IMG/VR virus record: IMGVR_UViG_3300022554_000002
Coordinates: 32,001-96,000 of that record
Strand: one strand, 5' to 3'
DNA from: a virus
DNA length: 64,000 bases
Shown: piece by piece, positions 47,273 through 57,809 of the stretch
Position numbering within the stretch: position 1 is the stretch's first letter
Layout: the number at the start of each line of letters is the position of its first letter
Notes under the pieces: generated by a model
Database searches by the model: none
Seen by the model: only the letters and a program-made list of their open reading frames with translations
Told to the model about the DNA's origin: nothing
Program-made: the position numbers and the translations under genes

Positions 47273-49057
47273 TTATATCCTGTAGGCTATTAATTGCACT
47301 GAAGCATCCTGTGAACCAGATGCAATACTATCAATTGATACTGAAATAATATCATTTGCATTAATGGTTTTGTTATAAATAGTTTTAGTATCAGTCTGGA
47401 AACTTGCACCACTGTCACTAAAATTAATAAATGGCTTTTCAGTACCAGCCAAAATATTTGTTGGTGTAGCTCCAATTGCTCCTGTATTCAATGAGAAAAT
47501 AGAAACACCAGACAATCCAACACCCTGTGTAGCAATAACCTTATCAATTCTTAATGCATATGGTGTAGAACGTAAGGCATCCCAATTAGCTTCTGGTGCT
47601 GTTACTGCACCCGCTTGACTCCACTCAAACTGAATACGTTCACCAATAGTAGGAACATACCAAATATTAATATCACCCAAATACGCATGAACACCTGAAA
47701 CAGTCCATAATCTGTTTGTTATTGTGATTGGTTGACCAGCAACCAAATTACCACCAGAGAAGTAAAGAGTTGTGTCAATAATACCACTGCTGGATAACTG
47801 TGCTGGCGTAGATGTAATAATTAGTGGTGTATTGTCCTTGTCAGCAATTGTAAGATTAATATTATTACCAGATAAAACATCACCCATACCATGTCGCACA
47901 ATAACACGATCTAGTCTGTCAAAATCCATTGGTAATCGAATCTTGGTTTGAGTAAATGCAGCAGTACCAGAAGTAGCCCTTGGGAACCAATCATACATAT
48001 TATCTTCATAAACACGAACAGGTGCAAATACACCATAAATACCGGAAGTGGCACCACCAGAAAGAACTGTATTTCTATATTCTGGACTTAGATTAATCGT
48101 CTTAAGATTGACGCCTAATGAACCCAATACGTGTGTGTGTAATGCATCTGCATTGCTACCATCAATCAATCCAATACCTACACTTGGATCAAAACCATCA
48201 ACAGTAACACCAGAGGCAAGTTCCATATTCTTTCTAAATAAAGATTTAGAATATACGTCTAGCCCTGAGTAAATTTCAGCAGTACTTGCAGTTAAACTAT
48301 CACATTTCAAATTTTGAATAATCATTTCATTAAATGTAATATTACCAAACAAAACAACGTCACCAGATAATGTAAAGTTTCCAAGAACTGTCAAGTTACC
48401 AGAAATTAAACCATTACCGGAAATTAGAAGATTATCAACCTCTAAAGCCCGATAATATAAATATCCTAGGACATTAATACCGGAACAAACCACAAATGAC
48501 TGATTTAATATTGATCCATGTGGGTCTTTATTATCCGCAATGTGATCACCCAAAATTGGAATATTAATACGACCCAAAGGATTCTTATCAACAATAGATG
48601 ATCCCGGCTCATCCAAATACATTGTAGCAACTAATACTGCATCTTCTGGTATCAACCCTGTTGTATTGGCACCAGTTAAAACTTTCTTATGAAGACGTGT
48701 TGAAACAGTTGAATTCTCTACTAATTGAACATATAAGTAATAAGTATTACCATTAACCAAACCATCCCATGACAATGCCTCATCACTATAAAAATAAATC
48801 TGATTAATAAAACCTTCTACTGCGGGTTTTCCTTCAGCCTTGACTTCTGTTAGAATTGCCTTGTAATTTAAACCAGAAGCTACCAATGACCAATTACCAG
48901 AACGAACAATTCCATGTCCACCTGAATGAGCACGAACACCACCATATAATTCATTCTCTATAATACGAGCAGTACGAAAATCCTCATTTGGAGAAATGTA
49001 ATCTCCAAGTGCAGGAGTTCTCAGCTTATAAACACTAGTTTCATTTCCGTAATCCAT
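47273..49057 (-). CDS. Ser-Gly-rich virion protein (tail fibre/baseplate-like)
   Basis: Beta-repeat-like segment (LLISGNGLISGNLTVLGNFTLSGDV); located downstream of the hub. Confidence 0.7.
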   Translation of the reverse strand: MDYGNETSVYKLRTPALGDYISPNEDFRTARIIENELYGGVRAHSGGHGIVRSGNWSLVASGLNYKAILTEVKAEGKPAVEGFINQIYFYSDEALSWDGLVNGNTYYLYVQLVENSTVSTRLHKKVLTGANTTGLIPEDAVLVATMYLDEPGSSIVDKNPLGRINIPILGDHIADNKDPHGSILNQSFVVCSGINVLGYLYYRALEVDNLLISGNGLISGNLTVLGNFTLSGDVVLFGNITFNEMIIQNLKCDSLTASTAEIYSGLDVYSKSLFRKNMELASGVTVDGFDPSVGIGLIDGSNADALHTHVLGSLGVNLKTINLSPEYRNTVLSGGATSGIYGVFAPVRVYEDNMYDWFPRATSGTAAFTQTKIRLPMDFDRLDRVIVRHGMGDVLSGNNINLTIADKDNTPLIITSTPAQLSSSGIIDTTLYFSGGNLVAGQPITITNRLWTVSGVHAYLGDINIWYVPTIGERIQFEWSQAGAVTAPEANWDALRSTPYALRIDKVIATQGVGLSGVSIFSLNTGAIGATPTNILAGTEKPFINFSDSGASFQTDTKTIYNKTINANDIISVSIDSIASGSQDASVQLIAYRI

Positions 49058-49059
49058 GA

Positions 49060-52029
49060 CTAATCTCTCTTATTCGGTGGTAAGTTAGGATCATAATCAA
49101 TTGCTGTTTGATCCAAAGTCTCGCAACTAAATTGTGAAGTCAATAATAAATCACTGACATTAATAGACAAATTATGTGCAGCCACAATTACATCCATTCC
49201 ATTCACACCTGTTTCATCTCTACCAGATTCATCTATAGTAATTACATGATATGGAAATACTTCTGGATGTCCCCAAGACTCAAAGTTTTCCACACCCCTG
49301 TATCTAATAGACCTACGAAGCATTTCACTTGCTGCTAATTGTAATAATCGCACATCTTCCCATTTAGGATTTCTCATAAATGCTGCGCGTCTCCACGGAC
49401 AGTGTGCAAAATCAGTCTGGTCATTAGGCCAACCAGCCTTAGCCCCAACAGAAATATGTGGTGACCATTGCCCCTTTTCACCACCGGGAGTACCAATTTT
49501 AGGACCAAGCCACGTAAGCCCTTGTAAAAACACATAGTTACGAGTATCAGCAGTATTGTATTCTACATTCATATTTCGAGTTATTTCATTAAAATCACCA
49601 CAATCTGATACTTCTTTAAAAGTTTTACTAATATTATCAACAATAAGCTTTGGTGGACCATAAACAAGATTACCCCAATTATTAAAATACATATACCAAT
49701 TAGAGAAGGATCGTATTTCTTCCATACAACTCCAAATTGGAGTACCCATTTGGAATGCATAATTTGGTGAATCACCCGCCATAATCAATGCCATAGGCAA
49801 TCGCATATGTAAATAATCTGAAGATATGCCCTGCTGATTAGGAGTAAAGGATTGGTTAACATGTCCCTCAAAACAACCACCTTGCATGATTTGAGAATTA
49901 CCAGTTAACAAACTAGCAATAGTAGTACCATTACCAGTTACAGGATCTTGGTAAAGATAAAATTCATCATCTGCCAAGCCAGCATAACGTGCAAGATAAT
50001 ACATAGCTGCAAGGTGGCACCAACCATCGAAAAAGGGCAAGTTTACAGCATATTGCTCTTTCAACTTCTTGCTTCTATCTTCACAGGTTAATTCAACAGT
50101 TGATTGAGATACACCAGAACGTGTATATTTGTAATTAGTCACATAACCAGTAAAAACACGATACAATAAATTATTGTATCCTAATTCTATCTTAATAGGT
50201 TTGATACCAGTAAATGTATCCCGTCCTTCACGGTGAGTATATTTACCACCAGATGCATATTGGCAATTTGCTGAATCACGCCTGTTATTCAAAGTAATAC
50301 TTGCTGAAGAACCTTCCACTGCCTGACTGACATTAATATTCAAAAGATCACAGTTATCAATATCTGGATTAGGACTATAATTTATAGTTTCTAAATTCTG
50401 TAAGAAAAATATTTGAGACATGTATACAGCAGGAGAGTAGATGCTGTTTATTGCTGCTTTCATAAACTCATCTCCTGTTGCTCCAATAGTAGGAACTATA
50501 TTAGGAGATAATTTAATTTTATACAAATAAGAACCAGTACCAGCACTTAACAACTCGTAATCAATTTTACAACCTTTCAAATAATCATACAATTTATCTT
50601 TGTCATTTGGATCAGGAAACTCTATTGTTCCTGTTCCACGTGAGCCAACTCCGTACTTTCCTACGTAATGAACGTTTACCACAGTATTATCTGGCTCTTC
50701 AGATAAACCCATAGGTGGACTAACCAACTCACCAGAATATGGATGCACAACAGGAGAGAATGCAAACGCTCCTGAACCACATCGGAAGGTCACCATTATG
50801 GGTGATTCAGGAATCATCACCGGATTAACAAGATCAAATGAGGCGACTCTATTTGTCAAGATTTTATCAGAAGTCAACTCACCTTTTAAAACATAAATAC
50901 ATGTGCCAACAGGATATATAATTAGTTTAATTTCTGAAAAATTCTCTTCAGACGTATCAACCTCTAAACTCTGTAATGGTCCTAATTGTTTGCCTTCTTG
51001 AGATAATCTAAGTTGACCTGTCTTATAAACCGTAAGAGTATAACCGCCCCAATTAATATCAATTGCAGGAACTAAAATATTAGAAGAAGATCGTTGTATA
51101 ATATCAACCTGATCTGGCTTTTTCTGGTCTGATTTCTCAAATTGATCAACTTTTGAATTAACTTCTGATTCAAGCGTACTTTCATTTTGCGTTTTATCCA
51201 ATCCAAAAAAATCATATAACGCAGTTTTCTCATCTGAAGACAATTCACCAAAACCATTAGCATTATACTTGGAAACTATGTCAGAAATAGGCCCATATTT
51301 GCCTACAAGTGTGTGTGCAACATCTGGATCGTCAAAATTAATACCCTCAGAAGCAAATTGGTCCAAATATCCTATTTGAGCCTCTGAAAATGCTCCAATT
51401 TTCAAATTTACAGCAAATGGTTGGTTCTTTTTCAACAAATTACTACTAACTAACTGTGAATTCGTCCCAACAAAAGTTCCTGCCAAAGAACACTTGGTAA
51501 TAAATGGAAAATCATAGGTATGAAACACAGAATTGTACAAACTTGACGTTGGACTCCATGTATTTACAGTCCAACCATAAGGATTATCTGAATCAGGATA
51601 TAATGCCTTTGGCATAACGCTCATACCAGCAGAAGCAGAAGCAGTGGTAAAGGCTTCAGAACCACTTGCACCATTTTTTAGGTCGGTTGTAGTCATAAAA
51701 CGTGTTGGATAAATTTTAAAGTATGGAGCAATGGGAGTACAAATCATAACACGATCAATCAATGACAAGGAATATGTATTGGTTAGAGGATTTCCAACCA
51801 TTGTATGCTTGGGAAACTGACTTTCTGGTGATGCAGATGCACTTTGTGCTGTATTTCTAATAGCATCTACTGAAATTGATGCACGAAGTGACACAGAAAT
51901 TTCAGGTTTTGCTAAAATTTGACTATAAATTTCCTTAAAAGTGGTATCTTCCACTCGTTTAACATGTTCTCTAGACACCAGTTCAACATTCACATCTGCT
52001 ACTGGTCGTTGATTAGACAAAAGTGCCAT
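49060..52029 (-). CDS. Tail hub / central baseplate protein (gp27/Tal-like C-terminal half)
   Basis: SASITLNN, IKIELGY...VFTGYV, ELTCEDRSKKL, MYFNNWGNLVY and WGHPEVFPYHVITI. Confidence 0.7.
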   Translation of the reverse strand: MALLSNQRPVADVNVELVSREHVKRVEDTTFKEIYSQILAKPEISVSLRASISVDAIRNTAQSASASPESQFPKHTMVGNPLTNTYSLSLIDRVMICTPIAPYFKIYPTRFMTTTDLKNGASGSEAFTTASASAGMSVMPKALYPDSDNPYGWTVNTWSPTSSLYNSVFHTYDFPFITKCSLAGTFVGTNSQLVSSNLLKKNQPFAVNLKIGAFSEAQIGYLDQFASEGINFDDPDVAHTLVGKYGPISDIVSKYNANGFGELSSDEKTALYDFFGLDKTQNESTLESEVNSKVDQFEKSDQKKPDQVDIIQRSSSNILVPAIDINWGGYTLTVYKTGQLRLSQEGKQLGPLQSLEVDTSEENFSEIKLIIYPVGTCIYVLKGELTSDKILTNRVASFDLVNPVMIPESPIMVTFRCGSGAFAFSPVVHPYSGELVSPPMGLSEEPDNTVVNVHYVGKYGVGSRGTGTIEFPDPNDKDKLYDYLKGCKIDYELLSAGTGSYLYKIKLSPNIVPTIGATGDEFMKAAINSIYSPAVYMSQIFFLQNLETINYSPNPDIDNCDLLNINVSQAVEGSSASITLNNRRDSANCQYASGGKYTHREGRDTFTGIKPIKIELGYNNLLYRVFTGYVTNYKYTRSGVSQSTVELTCEDRSKKLKEQYAVNLPFFDGWCHLAAMYYLARYAGLADDEFYLYQDPVTGNGTTIASLLTGNSQIMQGGCFEGHVNQSFTPNQQGISSDYLHMRLPMALIMAGDSPNYAFQMGTPIWSCMEEIRSFSNWYMYFNNWGNLVYGPPKLIVDNISKTFKEVSDCGDFNEITRNMNVEYNTADTRNYVFLQGLTWLGPKIGTPGGEKGQWSPHISVGAKAGWPNDQTDFAHCPWRRAAFMRNPKWEDVRLLQLAASEMLRRSIRYRGVENFESWGHPEVFPYHVITIDESGRDETGVNGMDVIVAAHNLSINVSDLLLTSQFSCETLDQTAIDYDPNLPPNKRD

Positions 52030-53334
52030 TTATGAAGTAAACTCCACGAACTTAAATCCCCACGGTATAGAATCTACTACAGGTTCATATTGATTATTAT
52101 CAAATTCTCCACCTAAACCGGGGTTATGAACAATATATGGAGTATTAAAAATAAACATCTTGCGTCTAAACTGACTATTGACATCTTCATCATTATCATT
52201 TTTGGTTGTTATAGTAATTAAAGCTGTGTCATACCATCCTGTAACAGCCATTAATACACGCCCAACGTTTCTTAAATCTCGTTCTCGTGTAAACGGATAA
52301 GCAGAATAGAACTCAACATTACCTGTTGTATCAGATAACCACCCAGAACGCACATTAGTCCAAAAAACCATATCAACCACCTTCGTATCAGGATCATAAT
52401 ATATATTATGATATTTGATATTATACAAAGGTGATAGCTTCTTAGCCTTCACATCAGAGACAAAAAACACAGGAAACGTAAATGTAGAATCTGTTGAAGC
52501 CGGTGTCAATTCTGTATTGTATTCCTCTGGCTCTTGAGCAAACTTTTCAGTAAATGAAGTGGCACACCACAAGCAAGAATCCACCATGTATTCTTCTTTT
52601 GCTCTACCTTCATTCGGTGGAAGATAGACGGTAAAATCAAATTCGTAATCTGATTTGGATTCACTTGAAGCTCTAAATGTTCCAGAACGATTAATGGTAA
52701 TTTTAATCTTACTTGTGTCAAATCTAATACTATCCTGTAATACATCTCTGTCCTTATTAGTAGAATTATCAACACCTTCATCAGACTCTATATCACGAAT
52801 TGTGTTATATATGGATTTATAAGATTCCAAGAAGAAAATATGTTTACACTTATCAGGAGTACGTAAAACCTGTGCACGTTTGTCTAAAATATAAGATGAA
52901 TTAGTGTCTGAATAAAAACCATCAACATCATCCTCTGTAGCTACAGCAGGAGTTTCCGGTTCTGGTTCTGATGTTGTTTGGTTATTCTCTGGACTAGCAG
53001 TAGTAGGAGTTTCACCGTCTGCACCAACACCAGTACGATCAACATCCTGTGAATATGCAGACAAGGACTCACGTTGTGCAACACTCTGATAACCGGCAAG
53101 TTCGCGTTGACGTTGATCAACGACCAATCCTGCTGCAATTTTCTGTGCAATTATGTTCGGATCGGATGAATCTGGAATAGAATTATAAACGGCAACAGCA
53201 TTAGAATATGCAGTTGATGCAGAATTATATTTTGCAATTGCTGCTTGTTTTGCAGCTTCGGCTTCAGGATCAACCTTATTACTAACATTTGTAACGGCTT
53301 TAAAATTATTTACTAATGTCGGTTTTGTTGCCAT
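52030..53334 (-). CDS. Putative tail protein
   Basis: 434-aa ORF between the tape measure region and the hub. Confidence 0.6.
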   Translation of the reverse strand: MATKPTLVNNFKAVTNVSNKVDPEAEAAKQAAIAKYNSASTAYSNAVAVYNSIPDSSDPNIIAQKIAAGLVVDQRQRELAGYQSVAQRESLSAYSQDVDRTGVGADGETPTTASPENNQTTSEPEPETPAVATEDDVDGFYSDTNSSYILDKRAQVLRTPDKCKHIFFLESYKSIYNTIRDIESDEGVDNSTNKDRDVLQDSIRFDTSKIKITINRSGTFRASSESKSDYEFDFTVYLPPNEGRAKEEYMVDSCLWCATSFTEKFAQEPEEYNTELTPASTDSTFTFPVFFVSDVKAKKLSPLYNIKYHNIYYDPDTKVVDMVFWTNVRSGWLSDTTGNVEFYSAYPFTRERDLRNVGRVLMAVTGWYDTALITITTKNDNDEDVNSQFRRKMFIFNTPYIVHNPGLGGEFDNNQYEPVVDSIPWGFKFVEFTS

Positions 53335-53346
53335 TAACCACCTAAC

Positions 53347-53379
53347 AAAAAAAGCACTCCAATTGGTGGAATGCTTTTT
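53347..53379 (-). terminator. Rho-independent terminator immediately upstream of the 53334 SD
   Basis: GCATTCCA-CCAAT-TGGAGTGC followed by T7. Confidence 0.7.
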
Positions 53380-53447
53380 AAATTACAAAATTAAGCTAAT
53401 GTATTAATAGTGCAGCCGGTTCCACCTAACCGCAAGAAAAACAATGA

Positions 53448-53702
53448 TTACTTCTCTGGTAATACTTGTGCAGACGTTTTAACTAGCTTTCTGTAAAGCT
53501 GTGGTGAAAGCACAAAATAACCAGTAACCAACTTATCAACCTCTGTAATTTTTTGCGTTGTCGTATCAACAATACGAACCCTAATAGGTCGTTCATCAAC
53601 AACCTGCATTGGTGCGTTGTCCTCTTGAACAATATAAACTCTAGCCTGCCCAAAACAACCAGAAAGAGCCAACATCAAAGAAAATACTAAAAGATATTTC
53701 AT
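53448..53702 (-). CDS. Lipoprotein, o-spanin-like
   Basis: Lipobox LALSGC after a hydrophobic leader. Confidence 0.65.
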   Translation of the reverse strand: MKYLLVFSLMLALSGCFGQARVYIVQEDNAPMQVVDERPIRVRIVDTTTQKITEVDKLVTGYFVLSPQLYRKLVKTSAQVLPEK

Positions 53703-53980
53703 TATTTATTATCCTCCAATAACAAATTCATTGCAGTCAATTCATTCTTACTTAATAAGGAATCTCCCTGTGTATCCAATATTAGCTGATTAGCTTTGCC
53801 CAAAGAAATTAAATCACCTTCTGCAACAGCTTCATCCAGCTTTCGATCAATAAATTTCTTTGGCGCTTCAGGTTTAAATATAGATTGTAATATTTCACCT
53901 AATACACCAGACTTGACCAACTCTTGAAATACAGCAAGCAAAATTGGCAATAAAGCTGTAAGAATTGCTCCAACACTCAT
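53702..53980 (-). CDS. N-terminal TM protein, i-spanin-like
   Basis: MSVGAILTALLPILLAVF; lies between the holin and the lipoprotein. Confidence 0.45.
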   Translation of the reverse strand: MSVGAILTALLPILLAVFQELVKSGVLGEILQSIFKPEAPKKFIDRKLDEAVAEGDLISLGKANQLILDTQGDSLLSKNELTAMNLLLEDNK

Positions 53981-54055
53981 TTTTAAAACCTCAAGCCTAG
54001 TGAGAGAATAATCCCTCACTAGGCACCATTTCCAACCTATTTAAATGTACAACAA

Positions 54056-54478
54056 CTACTTAACTTCAGGAGCAGGAGTAGTTGCAACTGGTGGAGCAAC
54101 AACAGCAGCTTCCGCTGCCTTCTTGTCTGCTTTAATCTTATCCAACTCTAACAATACCTGTTCCTTAAGATTAACAAATAAAGCCTTCGCAGCATCCGTT
54201 GGCGGTTCACCCTGATATTTTGTATATGTCTCACAGAACACTTTCATTGCAGCATCAGCCTTCTTTAGCCACGCATTCTCAACCGTGTCAGGCACGATTT
54301 TCTCTGCTGCCTTTACAGCCATAATGACATAACCAAGAATCTCACGCCGCTTTAAATCCTCTGGTGATGCAGACTTAGACCATTTAGCGTAAAGCCAAAG
54401 ACCAACCAAAACTGCTACTGCGACAATAATTGAAGGCAAACAATTAAGCAATGCCTGTCCTACTGATGCCCAATCCAT
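54056..54478 (-). CDS. Holin, LL-H-like
   Basis: One N-terminal TM, then VIMAVKAAEK...KADAAMK pattern. Confidence 0.65.
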   Translation of the reverse strand: MDWASVGQALLNCLPSIIVAVAVLVGLWLYAKWSKSASPEDLKRREILGYVIMAVKAAEKIVPDTVENAWLKKADAAMKVFCETYTKYQGEPPTDAAKALFVNLKEQVLLELDKIKADKKAAEAAVVAPPVATTPAPEVK

Positions 54479-54543
54479 TTTCTATCTCCTATCCTATCCT
54501 TATTGATTATACATAGGCCACACGCCCATGTCTTCCTCTATAC

Positions 54544-54571
54544 ATTATAATCTCTCACTATGATTTGTCAA
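54544..54571 (-). promoter_or_regulatory. Sigma70-type promoter TTGACA-N16-TATAAT
   Basis: Perfect hexamers upstream of the holin. Confidence 0.75.
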
Positions 54572-54581
54572 GCATAAAAAT

Positions 54582-54704
54582 TTAATCAATCACATTTTGT
54601 AATGAGCTTAAACCCTTACCAATAATAAAAAGAATACCAAATAATATAGCTTCTAAAAATAAAACTGTACCTGCACCAATCAGAAACCAATGCCACCAAA
54701 GCAT
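54582..54704 (-). CDS. Small membrane protein (40 aa)
   Basis: SD GGAGG + MLWWHWFLIGAGTVLFLEAILFGILFIIGKGLSSLQNVID. Confidence 0.65.
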   Translation of the reverse strand: MLWWHWFLIGAGTVLFLEAILFGILFIIGKGLSSLQNVID

Positions 54705-54716
54705 TTATAACCTCCC

Positions 54717-57700
54717 TTAAGGCTTATCTGCCTCCTTAACCAGAGTTGCTACACCATTATCAATACCTGTAATTCTAAGTGTAGTCCCATCTTGTATCTT
54801 AACACCATCATTAATTAATGATCCATACAAAGCTGTTATTGATGTTCTCTCGTCAGTTCCAGCACCAAACATCTGTGAAATCTGAGTTTGATATGTTCCA
54901 CCCTTCTTACCATATCCAGATTGACCAGTAGTATAACCAGAACCCATTGTAGCAAATTTGCTAACATCATTAGGAAATAAATAAGAACCACCGCCCAATT
55001 TACCAAAAGTAGTTTCAGTAAACATTTCAGCATATGACCGGCGTTCAAAATCTAATCTACCAGCAATTTTATTTTTTGCGCGTTCAACTTCATTTCTTGC
55101 TTCTAGTTGAGCAGCTTCGTTATTTCCCTGCATTGCAATTTCGAGTTTACGTTCTGCAACTTTTAATGCCTCTCGTTCTTGATTTAATCCTTGTCTATTT
55201 AAATCAGCAATAACACCAATAGGTGCTCGTAAAGTTTTCATACGCTCTAAACGAATATCTGTTAATTCAATATCTTTTTGAATATACATATTACGTTTTT
55301 CAACTTCATCTGTAATTTTTTTCTCAATAGTTAATTGAGTTACCAATCCCTGTGCTAACTTAATACCAGCCTCATCTTTTGGTTGATTTTGTCGTAATGC
55401 ATCTAATTTACTTTGAGCTTCAACTAATTGCAAACCTAATTGTAAACTTTTTGTATCAGCACCAAGTGCACCGTATGCTCCACGTTCCATTTGTAATATT
55501 TGTCCAGCCTGTTGTGCTTCAATTTGTTTCTTACCATAATTCTCATAATATTTAACAGCTTCGGACTGTGCTCTCACTTGTTCAGTCATCTGCTTTCTTT
55601 TTTGCGGATCAAGCTCAATATCTTTTAGTTTTTCTGCTGCTTTTAATTGATCCTGCATTAATTGCAAAATTAATTCTGGAGATTTGACATCATAAGTTTT
55701 ATAAATATTTTCTCTTGCAGATAATTCTGCTTGTGTTCCTGCAACTATTTTAGCTTGTTCATCAGCAAGAACTTGTTTTTTCTTAAGTTCCATTTCAGAT
55801 ATTTCTGCGGTTAATTTTTCAACTTCTTTTAATCCTTGTGGTGTATCTAAAGAAACTTTGCTGCGTTGTTCTTTTTTAATAGCAATATCAGCTTCAACCT
55901 GTTTCAATCTCACGGCACGTTCCATTGCTGCTGTTTCGGCAAATCCACCACCACCAGCACCAAATAATGCTGCTTGAGCCAAACCACCACGTGCGGTTAA
56001 CGCTGTTCCGGCCATTCCAACTTGAGATTTTGACTCAAGTGCAGAAATTGCCATTATTTGCGCTTGTAGTTTTTGTGCTTCTAATATTGATCTTTCTTCT
56101 TTTCTCAGTGTAGGTCCACGAGTAGCAAGTTGTCCCTCAATAGCCTTAACTTGTGTAGCTGCCTCAGAAATTATAGATTCTGCTAAACCAGCACCACCAG
56201 CACCACCATATTGAGTAGCAACTTGAATTGCTTGTTGTAATTGTCCAACACGTGCCACAGAAACCTGTTGTGCTCGTTCATAATCTTGATTAGCTTTTGT
56301 ATTTAATTCTGCACCACGTGCTAATGCTTCTGCCTGTTGTTCCTTAGCAACCCTCAAATTTTCAGTCGCCTGCTCTTCATACCGAGTTCCACGGTTATCT
56401 TTTAATGCTCTTTCAGCAGCAGCAACGGCTTCAGCTTTTGCTTCAGCTTGTTTTTGAGCCATTCGTGCTGCTGCGGCACGAACATCACCAGAAGCTACAT
56501 ATGACTCTCTTCCTGTTAAAGTGTCAACAGACTGTATAGCTTCGTCAAAACCTTTAGCTTTATAGCTTGCTGTAAAACGCTCTGCTAAAAACTGTTGCCG
56601 TATTCGTTTCTTCTCTTCTTCTGCTGCTGCCGTTTCCTGCCAAGCCATAATTCCTTCTTTAGCAGTTGTACCAACAGCACCAATGCCAGCACCAATTATT
56701 GCACCGGGAGCACCAAAAGTAGAACCAGCAGCAGCACCAGCAAGCATATTAGTTCCAAACTGACCCCAAGCACCACCCTCATTATACATATTATTTAATG
56801 CATGACCACCAGCAAATAATGCTGCACCCCCGCCAAGACCAAGTGCTGCTCTACCCCATCCAGCAAATTTTGGCATTGCATTTGATACAGTATTAAATCC
56901 TTTTCCAGTTGAATATATTGCTGCTGAACCAAGTGCTAATGGAAGATTAGAAGACATACTACTTCCAACAGTACTAGTAGCAGCACCAGCAGCACCACCA
57001 AACACAGGACCACCACGAATCATTCTTGCCTGTGCATACATTGCACCAAGAGAAAGACCTAACCCACCAGCAGTTTGTGCAACACCAACAGCTATGGGAT
57101 GATTTTGAGCAAAACCCCCCATTAACTCACCCAACTTTGCGAGAGGGGCAAATATCTCAGCTAATGTTTTTCCCAACTCAACTTTAGCGTTCGCCCAAAC
57201 AGACTGAAGTTTTTTTACCTGTATTTCAGTTTTATTTATTGAATTTTCTGTTTCATCGGGAATTTGATTAATTGCTGCTAAATAAGCAGAAACACCTTCC
57301 TTACCTGCAACCCTCATAATTTGTGATAATGTTCCAATATCTTTTGCACCTTGTTGCATAGCAACAGAAACATCTGGCATTTGCTCAGTTAATTTAACTA
57401 AAGACTGCATATAAATATCAGCATCTTTTTTATACTTTGTTGCAAATCGTTCAGAAAGCATATCAAAGTCTTTACGAAATGCCATAACAGCACCCGTAGA
57501 CTTATATAACATTGCTGTCATATTAGCTAATTCTTGACGACTATACGTTTGTGTTCGTTTTGAAAGTCGATCTACTGTTGCACTAAGCCTTTCAGCTTCA
57601 GCTTGTGTTAAAGCAATATTACGAACAAGTTTTGTATAAGTAGAATTTAAATCAATATAAGCACTAACTTTTAAATTTTGTGCTAGTCGATCAAATTTAC

Positions 57701-57794
57701 CTGCAAGATTATCAACACCAGTTACTAAATCATCTACGCTTTTTTTAGTTGTATTAATAGCTTTATTTAAATTAAGAATGTTATCTTCTGCCAA
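54717..57794 (-). CDS. Tape measure protein
   Basis: 1025 aa, Ala/Gln/Glu-rich helical with a Gly-Ala-rich hydrophobic middle; follows the chaperone pair; TTG start with SD GAGG. Confidence 0.85.
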   Translation of the reverse strand: MAEDNILNLNKAINTTKKSVDDLVTGVDNLAGKFDRLAQNLKVSAYIDLNSTYTKLVRNIALTQAEAERLSATVDRLSKRTQTYSRQELANMTAMLYKSTGAVMAFRKDFDMLSERFATKYKKDADIYMQSLVKLTEQMPDVSVAMQQGAKDIGTLSQIMRVAGKEGVSAYLAAINQIPDETENSINKTEIQVKKLQSVWANAKVELGKTLAEIFAPLAKLGELMGGFAQNHPIAVGVAQTAGGLGLSLGAMYAQARMIRGGPVFGGAAGAATSTVGSSMSSNLPLALGSAAIYSTGKGFNTVSNAMPKFAGWGRAALGLGGGAALFAGGHALNNMYNEGGAWGQFGTNMLAGAAAGSTFGAPGAIIGAGIGAVGTTAKEGIMAWQETAAAEEEKKRIRQQFLAERFTASYKAKGFDEAIQSVDTLTGRESYVASGDVRAAAARMAQKQAEAKAEAVAAAERALKDNRGTRYEEQATENLRVAKEQQAEALARGAELNTKANQDYERAQQVSVARVGQLQQAIQVATQYGGAGGAGLAESIISEAATQVKAIEGQLATRGPTLRKEERSILEAQKLQAQIMAISALESKSQVGMAGTALTARGGLAQAALFGAGGGGFAETAAMERAVRLKQVEADIAIKKEQRSKVSLDTPQGLKEVEKLTAEISEMELKKKQVLADEQAKIVAGTQAELSARENIYKTYDVKSPELILQLMQDQLKAAEKLKDIELDPQKRKQMTEQVRAQSEAVKYYENYGKKQIEAQQAGQILQMERGAYGALGADTKSLQLGLQLVEAQSKLDALRQNQPKDEAGIKLAQGLVTQLTIEKKITDEVEKRNMYIQKDIELTDIRLERMKTLRAPIGVIADLNRQGLNQEREALKVAERKLEIAMQGNNEAAQLEARNEVERAKNKIAGRLDFERRSYAEMFTETTFGKLGGGSYLFPNDVSKFATMGSGYTTGQSGYGKKGGTYQTQISQMFGAGTDERTSITALYGSLINDGVKIQDGTTLRITGIDNGVATLVKEADKP

Positions 57795-57809
57795 ACTACT
57801 TAAACCTCA

